From positions 60,142,001-60,206,000 of the forward strand of contig NW_024704743.1 in the NCBI RefSeq assembly GCF_018977255.1: 64,000 nt of DNA. Direction: 5' to 3'. Positions 51,605-63,629 of this stretch are shown piece after piece. The first letter of the stretch is position 1. Each line of letters starts with the position of its first letter. Under the pieces are notes generated by a model. That model did not search any database, was not told the DNA's origin, and saw nothing but the letters and a program-made list of their open reading frames with translations. A program made the translations under genes and the position numbers. The stretch comes from Callorhinchus milii. Its lineage: Eukaryota.

Positions 51605-53090
51605 ATTCAACAACTTGCAGTTATATAATGCCCTCCATGCAGGGCAGTGTCTCAGAGTGCTTAACAGTCTTGGAGCCTGACACCAAGCTGGGGGGGAAGG
51701 GGGGGGGGTAAGATGGCAGTAAGCACAGTTGAAGAGGAAGGTTTTTAGGTGGGACTTGAAAAGGGGGAGAGAGAGGGCAAGGCAGAGGCATTGAAGGAGT
51801 GTGAGGAGTCGATCTTGAAGTCGATCCGTTCGGTGATGGGAGCCAGTGGACAGATGGCCAGAATTGGTGAGGTGTGGGTAGAGTTTGATCCTGGTAAATA
51901 TGCAGGCAGCAAAATTCTGAATGAGCTGGATCTTCTAAATAGTGGAGCTGGGGAGATCAGCAAGGAGTGTGTTTGAGTAAGCCAGGCGGGAGATGACAAA
52001 CACATGCACAAGGGTTTCAGCTGCATTTGGGGTAAGATACGGTCGGAGACGGAAATGTGGCAGAGGTAAAAGAAGGCAGTCCTGGTCAGAGACCAGATGT
52101 GGGAGACGAAGGACTGCTGGGGGTAGATGGCGCACTGATTCGGTGAGTGTAAGGGAGAGCCCAGTGGAGGTTGAGGAGTTCAGATCCGCAAGAGTGAAGA
52201 CGTTGACGGGAGCCAAGGAACATTCAGCTGCAGGAAGTCTGCATTCATCCAGGCCCTGATGTCTGCCAGACAAGCTGATAGAACATTGGCAGATCTGGAG
52301 TTGGTACTGGAGGAGGTAAAGTAGATTTGTGCGTCATCTGTATACATGTGGAAGTTTACCCCGTGTCTGCGGATGACATCACCCAGAGGGAGCATAAAAA
52401 TAAGGAAAAGAAGAGGGCCAAGAATGGAGCCCTGGGGTACGCTGCAGGTGACCAGGCAGGGGCAGGAGGAGAAACCATTTGCCGAGATGAGTGGTCGACT
52501 GTGTCGAACGCAGCAGAGAGATCCAGGAGGACAAGGAGGCAGAGGGAGCCCTGGTCACAGATAGAGAGGGCGTCTTTTGTAACTTTGACAAGCGCTGTCT
52601 CTGTGCTGTGGTCAGGACAAAAAACAGACTGCAGGGGAGGAGCTCAAGGAGGAAATGGAGGGAGAGGTGAAACCCAAGTTGACCTGCAACAATGCGTTCC
52701 AGGACTTTGGCAAGGAAGGGTAGGTTAGAATTGGGACAGTAGTGTGAGAGATTAGAGGGATCGAGGGTAGATTTTTTGGGGAGAGGTCTGATACCAGCGG
52801 TTTACAGGGGGAGAGGAACTGAACCTGAGGAGAGAGACTGGTTGACCCTGTTGGCCAGCAGGGGGGAAAGGAGAGGGAGTTGAGTGGCCAGCAGCTGGGT
52901 GGGGGTCAATAGAACAGGTGATGAACTTCATCCGGGTTATTGTGGTTGAGAGGGAAGAGGGAGAAATGGGGCCAAAGGAGTGTAATTAGGGGGGAGTGGC
53001 AGGAGCTGTGGCCGAGGGAAAAGCGGTGTGGATGGTCTGGGCGGGGTGGAAAGGGACATGGGGGGGATGGGGGGAGGATGATGCAGCCAA
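51605..53090 (-). mobile_element. L2 RT fragment with tail
   Basis: [42 protein letters not shown]. Confidence 0.9.
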
Positions 53091-53099
53091 GTGGATGTT

Positions 53100-53180
53100 T
53101 CCCGAAATGTTGACTCACTTTCCTTTCTCCATAGATGCTGCCTGACCTGCTGAGTGTTCCCAGCAACTACTGTTTTTGAT
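53100..53180 (+). mobile_element. Second Penelope-like terminal-repeat fragment (3' part only)
   Basis: CCCGAAATGTTGACTC...CTCCATAGATGCTGCCTGACCTGCTGAGTGTTCCCAGC. Confidence 0.65.
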
Positions 53181-54319
53181 GAAGAAAAGCAACTTGGGTA
53201 CAATATTGAACTGTTACCATTACCCACTCTCTGTGAAATTGCTATCAGCAAAAATGAGCACTAGGGGAAAAGGAATTTTAAAAAATCCATACAGAATCCA
53301 ATGTCAATACAATAAGAAAAAAATTGCTGCCGAGCATAAGTGACAATCAAAATATGAGTAATAATTTGAAATAAACAACACATACTGTACCATGGTAATC
53401 GGGCTTCATTTAAATCTGGCTCTTAATAGCACAAAACATGCACAGGCCTCCTGCCATGCCCAACCCCATTATATGGTGTAATTCTTAACTTGAGTCATAT
53501 AACATACATACAAATGTGTGAACAGTTTTGATCTTTTTATCAGCAAGTGCTCACTACTGGAGTCCTGAAGAATTTGGCGAGAAACCTTACGTGACTCATA
53601 GCATTAAAATGTCCAGTGATCAAGGATAGAGAATAGAGAATAATCCACCCACATTAATTATTGCCAGTAAATGAATGGCTGATAATTAATTTTGTAAACC
53701 TTATTTTGAAGTGATTGATACCTATTAGGATTGTTCTCACTTAGTTTTCTTCCTACAAATAATAAGTACTACAATTGCTGCAGAAAAATGCTCCAACCAA
53801 TTGGAAACTATGATAGGAATTAGATTGGTTGAAGTGTTCTATATATTATAAACCTTACAATAAAGGCTTTTAGGATCAAATGAGAGCCCAAGAATATCAA
53901 GAGAGTTAAGCCCAAGCACAACGGATAACTACTACAGATTTGAATTGGAGCAATTATGCACTGACGACAAAACATATGGCAAATTTAACCCTCTAAATGT
54001 TCTAAACAGAGTTCATATTTAAATTGTATCCTCGTCGTTTATTCACACTTAAATGGAATAAAAAGGCTAATGCACATCCATCCTTTTTCATTACTGCAAA
54101 AATACAGGAGTTTAGTTTAGTTGCCTTTTCACTACCTCAAAAAACAGTATTTTATTCTAGATAAGCCTATGCCAAATTTGAAATTTAGAAGCAAGTCATT
54201 TATTTTAAATCTACATTCAATGGAGTGTCCACCTGCATTAATGAAAACAAACTTTCAGTTGTGGCTGCCTACGAACCACACTTTACATCAGACCCATTTG
54301 TTCTTTTACTGTTATCCAT

Positions 54320-54720
54320 GTTGAATTTGGCTGATGGCAAGGACTTAAGTGAGAGAAACCTGACAGAGCTTTTTAAAATCGTGATGGATTTTGATCAATA
54401 TGGAGAAATTATTTCCACTGGTCGGTGAGTCAGTGATTTGTTTGCATAAATTTTAGGTAGCAAGCAAACGAGCAAATGGGGAGATCAGGTGATTTTTTTT
54501 CCACACAGACAGTCGTTAGGATATGAAACACCCTGCCAGGAGTAGTGGTTGAGGCAAAATCTATACTAGCTTGCAAAAGGGAACTCGGTAAGATACTTAA
54601 AGGTAAACAACAAGGGTATGGGGAAAAGGTGGGTAAATGGAACTGAAAGAATTGCTCTGAAAGAACCACCAGACACAATGGGCTGATTAGTCTTCTTCTA
54701 CGCTATACATTTTCTAGTTC
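54320..54720 (+). mobile_element. Old CR1 3' end
   Basis: NLTELFKIV..FD, FFSTQTVVRIW(stop)NTLP-type C-terminus and CR1 3' UTR. Confidence 0.7.
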
Positions 54721-55475
54721 TAAATAACTATTTAGCAAACTGGCAAAATACTAATCTTAAAACAGGCACCACCATCATACTTGAATTTGTTCAGATACTG
54801 TAGTGAGCTTCAGTTACTCTTCCCTCTCTATGTTCTCTTCTCTGTTCTACCATTGCTACTGTGGACCAGGGCTATTGAAGACAATAGTCTACGTCATGCC
54901 AAGTGGTTTGCTCGCTCAAGGACCAATCAACACACCAGCAACGATCTTCTTTACATATGTAGTTCCAGACTAATTATGATATAAATGCAGAAGAATTAGG
55001 TTTCCTCTTAAGTTCTGGAGTAAGCAATGTAAGAAGCTATTAATTTGCCCATCCTAGAGATCTAAATGTGGGCCGAATTGCCACAAGACTGATTAAAGCA
55101 GAGATATTTGGAGAAAACGTGACAGCTATGTGGGTTGAGGAATTATCTTGAAAATCCAACTGCTGACAAAATATGTTGATATCAGACATAACTTTTGCAG
55201 CCAAACAAAAATCTGTTGTTGTACAGATACTCCAGCTGCTGTGCTGTAGTCTTCTGATGCTTACAAATGAAAAACATTTCTAATGAATCCAAGGTTAAGA
55301 ATCATATTAATGTTTCTCATGTCAGATTATACTTCATTTCCCCCTTTAGTTAGAACTGTAGGACGAATGAACCATGCAACTATTTTCAAGCATTCAATCT
55401 TGTATAAAAATACCATATATATTATACACATACATAGTAAAAAACATGATAAAAAATACTTGGCGCCATCTAGAG

Positions 55476-55670
55476 TAGGGCGGTCGGCCGCGAGCCAATT
55501 TCATCTGCCCCCCTCCTTCTATTTCATCTGGCCCACTTGCTCCCTCCATAACCTGAAAATGTAATGTTATGTTTCTGGAAGGGATACATAAAAACATTGC
55601 TTGTCCGCCCTGTGGATGTTTCTCCAATAGGGCATCCGGCACTAAGCAGTCAAAAGGTTGGTCTACTCCG
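55476..55670. mobile_element. hAT-Charlie-type MITE (195 bp) with 8-bp target-site duplication
   Basis: ATCTAGAG (55468-55475) and GTCTAGAG (55671-55678); decayed TIRs; subterminal CGGCCGCGAGCC..ATCTGGCCC motifs. Confidence 0.65.
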
Positions 55671-56034
55671 GTCTAGAGTATAGAAATGATTCATATTTCC
55701 TTCATTTATAACGTACAGCCGAAATGGGGGCAACAAATATAAGTAACGCACTCATTGGAGTGCAGCATATCTTCCAACAAACTATTTCATAATTTTTAGA
55801 AACTATCCGTATGATTTCTGTCAACATCTTCATAATCCCTTTGACACGCTCAGTAATCCACATCATCTCTAAAATAGCACTTTGAAAGATCACTCCACAT
55901 AAAAGGTGCTATAGTAGTGCAAATTGTGGATCCTCCCCAACTCAGGTGCCCAGTCAGCTGTGTAATACCGTTTGAGATGGCCTTCCAATGAGAATAGTAC
56001 TATAAAAATGTTGTTGAGCTATTTCACAAAGAGT

Positions 56035-56120
56035 GCGTGTGTGTATATATGTTTGTTTGTATATATATATATGCGTGTTTGTATATGTTTGTGTGTGTGT
56101 ATATATATATATTTTATATA
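56035..56120. repeat. Compound (TG)n/(TA)n microsatellite
   Basis: Direct reading. Confidence 0.9.
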
Positions 56121-56129
56121 TCTTGTTTC

Positions 56130-57190
56130 TTTCCGCCTCTCACCCTCTATATGCTCCCCCTTGGTGACATCATCCGCAGACATGGGGTTAACTTCCACAT
56201 GTATGTGGATGACACCCAACTCTACCTTTCCTCCTCTACCCTCAACTCCACGACCACCGATGTCCTGACAGCTGCCTGTCCGACATCGAGTCCTGGACGA
56301 GAGACAACTTTCTTCAGCTCAACGTACGCAAAACTGAGGCCCTCCTGATTGGCTCACGTCAGCGCCTCCGCACCTCAGGCGCTGACACCATCAGCATCCA
56401 AGGCTGCACTCTCCACCTCTCAAAGCCAGTCAGGAACCTCGGCGTTTTGTTCGACCCTGAGCTGTCCTTTCTCCTCATATCCGCGCCACAACTGGCACCG
56501 CCTTCCATCACCTCCGAAACATCGCCAGACTATGGCACTACCTCACCCCTCACGCTGCTGAAACTCTGGTCCACGCCTTTATCACCTCAAGGCTGGACTA
56601 TGGGAACTCTCTCCTCGCCGGCCTTCCCGGCACCTCCCTCCACAAGCTGCAGGTCATTCAGAACTCTGCAGCTCGTGTACTGTCCCGCACCAGGCTTCGG
56701 GGCCACATCACTCCCACCCTCGCTCACCTCCACTGGCTCCCCATCCCCCAGAGGATCGATTTCAAGATCCTCATCCTCACCTACAAGGCCATTCACGGCC
56801 TCGCTCCCTCCTACCTCTCTGACCTACTATCCCCCTACTACCTGCCCGTACCCTCCGTTCCTCTGGCTCCGGTCTGCTCCACATCCCCCGCCCCAACCGC
56901 CCTACCATCGGTGGCCGAGCCTTCAGCCTCTCAGCCCCGAGGCTCTGGAACTCTATCCCCCAGTGCCTTCGCCTCCTCCCTTTCCTCCTTCAAGGCCGGT
57001 CTCAAGACCTTTCTCTTTGACCGTGCCTTCAGCTCCCCTCTCGACTCTCTACCCCCTCCTCGCTCCCTCCCTTCCCTCCCCTCACCCTGACCATTTCCCC
57101 CCTGCTCGGGTCCTGACCCAACTGTACAGCGCCTTGGGACATCCTCCTGACGTGAAAGGCGCTCTATAAATGGAATCTTCTTGTTGTTTC
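56130..57190 (+). mobile_element. Young L2 RT 3' region with tail
   Basis: [26 protein letters not shown]..., frameshifted; tail GACGTGAAAGGCGCTCTATAAATGGAATC. Confidence 0.94.
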
Positions 57191-57739
57191 CCATCAAACA
57201 GCAGGAATCCTTCATGGAATAAATCCAACAATGCACTGCCACCATTGCAATATCCACTAATTTTTATGACACATTTTATGCTGATTTGTGCTGTTCATTT
57301 TCAAAATACAGTTCAAGATAAACAACCAAAGTGTATGTGTAACAGTAATTTTCTATTCTCCTTATGAAGATTGTCAACATTATCTTCCACTCCTTTAATT
57401 GAACTTAATGGTTTCTTCACAATCCAGTGAAGTACAGTATTTTGGTGTGTTTTATACGGTCTATTTATAGCTGATCTAATTTAAAGAAAGCAATAATAAA
57501 AAAAATTGCATTTGATATAGCAACATTCTCATCAGGAGTACATTTCAAAGCACTTCACAGGATTCACTGTAAAGTATAGTGACTACTTTTTAGGCAAACC
57601 ACAGCATTCAATTTGGCACAGTAATATCCCATAAACAGCCATGAAGTGAATGACCAATTTTGTCTATTGGATAACAGAACAAACACCCTTCTTTTTTCAA
57701 ATAGTGTCATGGGATTTTTGACCTCCAGCTGAACAGGAA

Positions 57740-59575
57740 TCGTCGAAGAGAAAGGTCTTCAGATGGGACTTGAAGGAGGCAAGAGAGGGGGGTGAGGCTA
57801 AGGGATTGCAGGATAGTTCCAGAGAGTGGGGGCAGAGAAGCTGAATGCCTGACTGCCAGTGGTGGGGCGGGAATTGCAAGGGACCTGAAGCAGGCCGGTG
57901 TCCAACAAGCAGAGGGAGTGGACAGGCTGATATGGGGTTATGAGGTTGAAGGGTACAAGACCGTGGAGGGCCTTGAAGATTCTTGATTGGAAGATTGCAA
58001 ATGTAATACCGCTATTTAAGAAGGATGGGAGAGAAAAAAATGGAGAACTGTAGACCAGTTAACCTGACATCGGTAGTAGGGAAATTTCCAGAGGTTATAA
58101 TTAGGGACGACGTCATGAGGCACTTAAAGTCATAATATGATTAGGCAGAGTCAGATTATGACCAGTGGAGTGCCGCAAGGATCAGCGCTTGGGCCTCAAC
58201 TGTTTACAGTCTACATCAATGATTTAGATGAGGAAATGGAGCTTAATGTATCTAAATTCACGGACGATACAAAGCTAGGTGGGAAAGAAAGCTGTGAGGA
58301 GGACACAAGGAGGATGCAAAGGGATATAGACAGGTTAAGTGAGTGGGCAAGAAGATGGCAGATGGAGTATAATGTGGGCAAGCGTGAAGTTACTCACCTA
58401 GGTAGAAAAAATAGAAAAGCAGATTATTTTCCAGAGGGGGAGAGACTAAATAGTGTTAATACTCAGAGGGATTTAGGTGTCCTTGTACATCAATCACAGA
58501 AAGTTAGTACATAGGTATAGCAAGCAACTAGGAAGGCTAATAGCATGTTAGCGTTTATTGCAAAGGGGTTAGAGTACAAGCATAGGGAAGTCTTACTGCA
58601 ATTGTATAGGGCCTTGGTGAAACTGCACCTGGAATATTGTGTGTAGTTTTGGTCTCCTAATCTAAGAAAGGATATACTCGCCTTAGACGGGGTGCAACGT
58701 AGGTTCACTAGGTTGGTTCCTGGGATGAGGGGGTTGACCTATGAGAAGAGGTTGAGTAGACTAGGCCTATATTCTCTAGAATATAGAAGAATTAGAGATG
58801 ATCTTATAGAAACCTATAAGATTCTTAAGGATCTTGACAGGGTAGATAGTGTGAGACTGTTTCCCCTGGTTGGAGAATCTAAAACTAGGGGTCAGTCTCA
58901 AGATTAAAGGTCAGCCCTTTAGAACTGGGTTGAGAAAACGTTTCTTCACTCAGAGGGTAGTGAAGTTATGGAATTCTCTACCTCAGAAGACTGTGGACAC
59001 TCAGTCATTGAACATATTCAAGACTGAGATCAATAGATTTTTAAAAACTAAAGGGATTAAGGGATATGGAGATAGGGCGGGTAATGGAATTAGGTTAGAA
59101 TATCAGCAATGATCTTATCAAATGGCAGGGCAGGCTCGAGGAGCCGAATAGCCTACTTCTGCTCCTATTTCTTATATATGTTCCCTGAGGAATGGGGAGC
59201 CAGTGAACCCGGGTGAAAATGGGGGTATTAGGTTCCTAGTGCGGGATAGGACACAAACTGCAGAGTTCTGAATAATTTGCAGCTTGTAGTGGGAAGAGTT
59301 GGGAAGTCCAGTGAGCAGATAGTTGGTGTAGTCAAACCGGGACATAATGAAAACGTGGATCAGTGTCTCAGCGGCCTGCGATGAGAGGCAGTGGCTGAGG
59401 TGGGCAATGCTGCGGAGGTGTGGAAAGCCAGAATGGGTCATGGCACGAATGTGGGGTTTGAAAGACAGCTGAGGGTCGAAAAGGACACTGAGGTTTTGGA
59501 TTGTCTCGGTGAGGTGAAGAGTGTAGCCATGAATGGTGATAATGTCAGCAGCTGAGGTGAGGAGGCGCTGCCAGC
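57740..59575 (-). mobile_element. L2 fragment (57740-57985 and 59180-59575) split by a CR1 insertion
   Basis: L2 antisense body resumes at CTGAGGAATGGGGAGCCAGTG after the CR1 tail. Confidence 0.75.
57985..59178 (+). mobile_element. CR1 RT 3' region with internal deletion and 3' tail
   Basis: SGVPQGSALGPQLFTVYINDLD..KFTDDTKLGG, QRRFTRLVPGMRGLTYEKRL, FFTQRVVKLWNSLP. The QHGF..KAFD block is missing at ~58150. Confidence 0.93.
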
Positions 59576-59599
59576 ACTTTATAAATGTAAAATGTATTG

Positions 59600-61450
59600 T
59601 ATAGCAACCTTAAAAGCAATTTCCATCAGCCAATTTTGAATCCATGTCTATTCCTTGCCCTTAGTACCCAGAGATTTGAGTTTGTGAAAGTCTTTCATGG
59701 TTCTTTTCACTTTTCAAACATGTTTTAGAAGTTTAGATAATATAAATCATCTGGCTTCCCAGAGTTAATTTGGGCCGTCACCACCTCAAAAAAATTTATG
59801 AGCTTGGTTAATCAAGATCACTTCTGAATCCATACAGGAATCCTGTAGCTCAGTGGTTAAAGCACTCGTCTCACAAGCGCAAGACCTGGATTTGATTCCC
59901 GGCAGGTCGAAACCTTGGGCAAGTTTCCTTACTCCACACGCCTGATAATCCCTCAAGNAAAAAAACAATAATAAATCGGTCGCTTCAATTCACGACTGTT
60001 TGTGGGACATTGCTGTGCACAAATGGCTGTCGCGTTTCGCCCACAAATATACAGTCAATTCCCTTTACAGTATATTCTGTGAAGCGCTTTGAGACATCTA
60101 GAAGACGTGAAAAGCGCTATATCAAATGCAAGGATTATTATATTTATCTAGGCTTTATTAGATTGTTTTTACTTTCTGATGATTTACTGCAACATTTTTC
60201 CAATTGATGAGGTCAGGTTAATTGGTCTATATTTGACAGCTTTGGTTCTGTCACTTTTCTTGAATATGTGAACAATATTTGCTTTCTTCCAGTCTGTTGG
60301 AATTTCACCACTGGCAAATGACTCTCTCATAACATCCATCAGTGCTACACAAATCTCCTGCTTGGTTNAAAAAAGAACTCCAGGAAGTACTTCATTATGT
60401 TCTCTATTCTCTTGTTCATTCTCTTTCCCAACCCTCTTCGAGTCTCAACACTTACAATATTGGAAATAATGGTACTGTACTTTGCATTTACTACTATTCC
60501 CTTTCCAGTTCGCTATTAACTCCTTTTTTTAAAAAAAATACTTTCTGTACATTCTTGTATTCAGCCCTTGCCATTCACTCTACAAGCTTTGTAAATCTTC
60601 CTTTTTGTATTAATCTATTTATTTCCTACTAATCTATTTTGGTGTGGTTTTGTTCAATTTGCTCCTGCTGGATTTGGTTATGTAGTCGACCGGCATGCTG
60701 TGCAGAATAATTTTTGAGGATGTCTATTTATCTTCAACCTATTTGTTCTTCAATATTGCTTATTCAGCCCACGTCACTTAGCTCAACCCTCATTCGTCTG
60801 GTTTGCCTGTCTAAAGTTGAATACTAGAATTTGATGTGTGCTTTTCTATTTCCCAAGTCAACTTGAATATTAATCAGTGGTCACTTCCTCAATAGCGTCT
60901 GGATCACTGACGAGAACTAAGCCAAGGAGAGACCTGTCCCTGTGGGCTCCCTGACACACACTGAGTCAGGCAGTTGTCATGCACTCTAGTCACAAGGTCA
61001 GAGTCCTTCCCAATTGAGTATTCCCAATTTATTCAATATTCAATACAGCGCCTTGGGTCGTCCTCCCGAGGTGAAGAGCGTTCCATAAATGTAATTTTGT
61101 TGTTGTTCCCATCTGTTCTGCTCAAGTAAACTTAATGTTATAAAACGGCAAGTCATTCTCTCTACTTTGGCCTAGCAGTCTTAAGCAAATCCCAAATGTC
61201 AGTCTGATCCCTTTCTTATTCAGTACATGTTCCCAGAGATTTCATTCCATTATTAATCATGTTACCTTACCCTTCCATTTGTCAATCACATATAGCTAGC
61301 TACTCTTTCACCTTTCTCATCCTTCCTATCTTTCCTAATTAACCTGTACCTAATACCTTGCAAGTTGTATTCACTTCCATCATTCTGTTTTAACCATGTC
61401 TCTGTGATTCCTAAAAAAACATAGTAATGATTGTCATCTTTCCAGGCGCA
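59600..61450 (-). mobile_element. Heavily decayed CR1 (EN/RT) relic
   Basis: Antisense fragments resembling DWKKAN..IFKK, YRPINLTS, and WLKQNDG..YNLQG..RLIRKDRKDEKG (CR1 endonuclease-like). Confidence 0.6.
59837..60140 (+). mobile_element. tRNA-derived SINE (short subfamily) inserted in an old CR1
   Basis: Head TCCTGTAGCTCAGTGGTTAAAGCACTCG; (ATT)n tail. Confidence 0.9.
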
Positions 61451-62063
61451 TAACAAAATCACTATTACCTCAATGTTCCTTAATGATGTTAAAATTATTT
61501 AAAAATTCTAAACATTTGTGAATATAAAGGTAACAAAATAAATGTTACCTCCTTTACCCTTCCAAAAAATTTACAATTTGATGCATTCTCTAAGGAAAGG
61601 CTTTGATCACAAATCACAATGTCTTAATCACAAATATTGGAAAACAGTGATAAAATGGATAACAGTGGCTACATTTCAAGAAACACAGTAAGTTGCCCTT
61701 TTTTTAAAAAAGGGCAGCAACAATTGTAACTTCCTTTTACACCTATTGAGCAAGTTGCACAAACTGTCACTCATGCCACTTGTGAAACAGAGTTAATTTT
61801 GCTACTGAATAACAGGCAAACTGGATCTTTCTTTACAGTCGATTCAATCCAACGTTTCCATACTGGCCAGAATAGGTTCAGTTGCTTTACTGCTACAAAG
61901 ACACATTTCTATAATATTATTTGGCTTCGCGATGCGCGTTTATTTGGAAATACAGTATAGCTATTTACTGAAAATGAATTTATGTTGTCTGTTGTAAATT
62001 GTACCTTATATGTCCACATTTTCATGTAAACACATCCAGTGCATTAATTAAAGATTCACTTAC

Positions 62064-63629
62064 TTTTATGGGGGCTGTGCTGAATTTAATCTTCCTGTTA
62101 ACAGGAATGTTTTCTTCATCGGACAAGCCTGTTACTTCTGTACACTCCACAACTGGTTCATAAAAATTATCATCGCTATCGTCTTGTTCTTCTGAGTCCT
62201 CGTAAGTCTGTTCCCAACCAGCATCAACCCCGGATTCAACACTGTAGCCCTCATTATCCTCGTTCAGAATTTTAGCTTCAGTTTTTGTATATTCCTTATT
62301 GGGTTCCTTTTCGTTGTCTTTCGCAGCTGATAGATTTGTCGCTGGAGTCCCTGAATACTCGGGGGTGCTTTCCTCTGAGGAGTTTTCACTTGCTGTTGAA
62401 TCTCGCTTACCGGACAGTACTTCAGCTAAAGCAGTACTGCCTTTTGAATGATGTGAAACTGTATCGGGTGGTTGGCCATATGCAGCAGGTTCAGTATCAC
62501 ACGGATCCTCTGCAGTCCCTCCTTCCCTCCTCCCTCCTTGTTCGGTCTGGTCTCGATCGTCTGCCCCTTCGTGGACAATGGGCTTAATGTGCCTGATCTC
62601 CACAGGACTGTTTAACGTAGAAGGAACACATGTCTCTAAGGTTCCTGAAGGAACTGCCGCCGTGTCATTTGCAACTATTTGCTGGGTGTCACTTAGCCCG
62701 AGAAAAGCCGCTTCCTGCTGTTCAAAATAAATCCCGCAGCGATCTTGGACAGAGGAGGTTTTGGAGTCGGGCTGCTGCTCTTGGTCAGCGGTAGGTGAAA
62801 CGGTCGGGGTAACGGGGAAATTACCGGTTACAAAATACTGTTCAGTCTCTCCAACCTTTTCAATGAGCAGATTCTGCTGCTCGGTGTTTTCAAACACGGC
62901 GCTGAGCTGACTGACTGTAGGAGAAACGGTCTCCGTCCTGGGGCTGGTGCTGTCCAAGGACTCGGTGCTGCCTCTGCTGCAACCGGAGCTCTCGATCCCC
63001 TTCAGCTCTTCCAGCAGCTGCTCCTGGGACGCTTTCCTCTCCTTCCTGGGCGAAAGCTGGTGTGACAGGGGCAGCGGCTCGCGGATGCTCTGCTCGAACA
63101 TTTTGCGAGTCTCGGAAAATTTGGAGTAGGACTGTCCCTCCTGGACGGGCGAGTCCAAGCGGGCGACGACCCGTTCGGTCACGGTGCAGTCTGGCTTCAC
63201 CGGAGCTGCTGCTGCTGCTGCTGCAGCATCGAGAGAGTCGCGGGAGCGGACTCTCCTCTGCGGGGAGACGGCAGCCCCTCGGGCTTTGGTTTTCGGAGCG
63301 ACCCCGTTGTTATCGCCGGGCCCCATCCCCATCTGCATAAAGAGCATGTTTTTGATTCGGTTGACATTGGAGCCATATTTCCTGCCCCGGGTCTGTTGTT
63401 GCTGTTGCTGCTGCTGCTGCTGCTGCTCCTGAGGCGCTTTCTCGGACCCTCCTTTGCCCCTGCAGTCCGGGCCTGCCCCGCAGCTGCCGGCACCGCTGCC
63501 CGAGCAGGAGGCGGTGGGTTTGTCGAAGGTGCTCTTCAGAGCCTGAAACTCGGTCCTGTAAGCGTTGCGGTGCGGAGAGGCGCTCCGGAGGGTCGATCTC
63601 TCGCCTGAAGAAGCCTCGGTCTTCATCAT
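62064..63629 (-). CDS. PPP1R9A: Neurabin-1 first coding exon (522 codons): F-actin-binding N-terminus, acidic linker, PP1-binding RVxF motif
   Basis: MMKTEASSGERSTLRSASPHRNAYRTEFQALKSTFD, RGRKYGSNVNRIKN, SKFSETRKMFE, VSPTVSQLSAVFE and NRKIKFSTAPIK match neurabin-1 rather than spinophilin as I recall them. ATG at 63629, donor AAA|GTAAGT at 62063, phase 0. Confidence 0.96.
63204..63227 (-). repeat. Coding GCA repeat (A8)
   Basis: GCT (GCA)6 GCT on the minus strand, in frame. Confidence 0.95.
63393..63425 (-). repeat. Coding CAG/CAA repeat (Q11)
   Basis: (CAG)6 CAA CAG CAA CAA CAG on the minus strand, in frame. Confidence 0.95.

Noticed and set aside
57461..57470. Perfect MEF2-type site CTATTTATAG
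   Set aside because: An isolated AT-rich 10-mer, expected by chance in 64 kb.
12786..60368. Single N bases at 12786, 34178, 47996, 59958 and 60368
   Set aside because: All adjoin homopolymer runs, so they are assembly or base-calling artefacts; nearby 1-bp indels should be treated cautiously.
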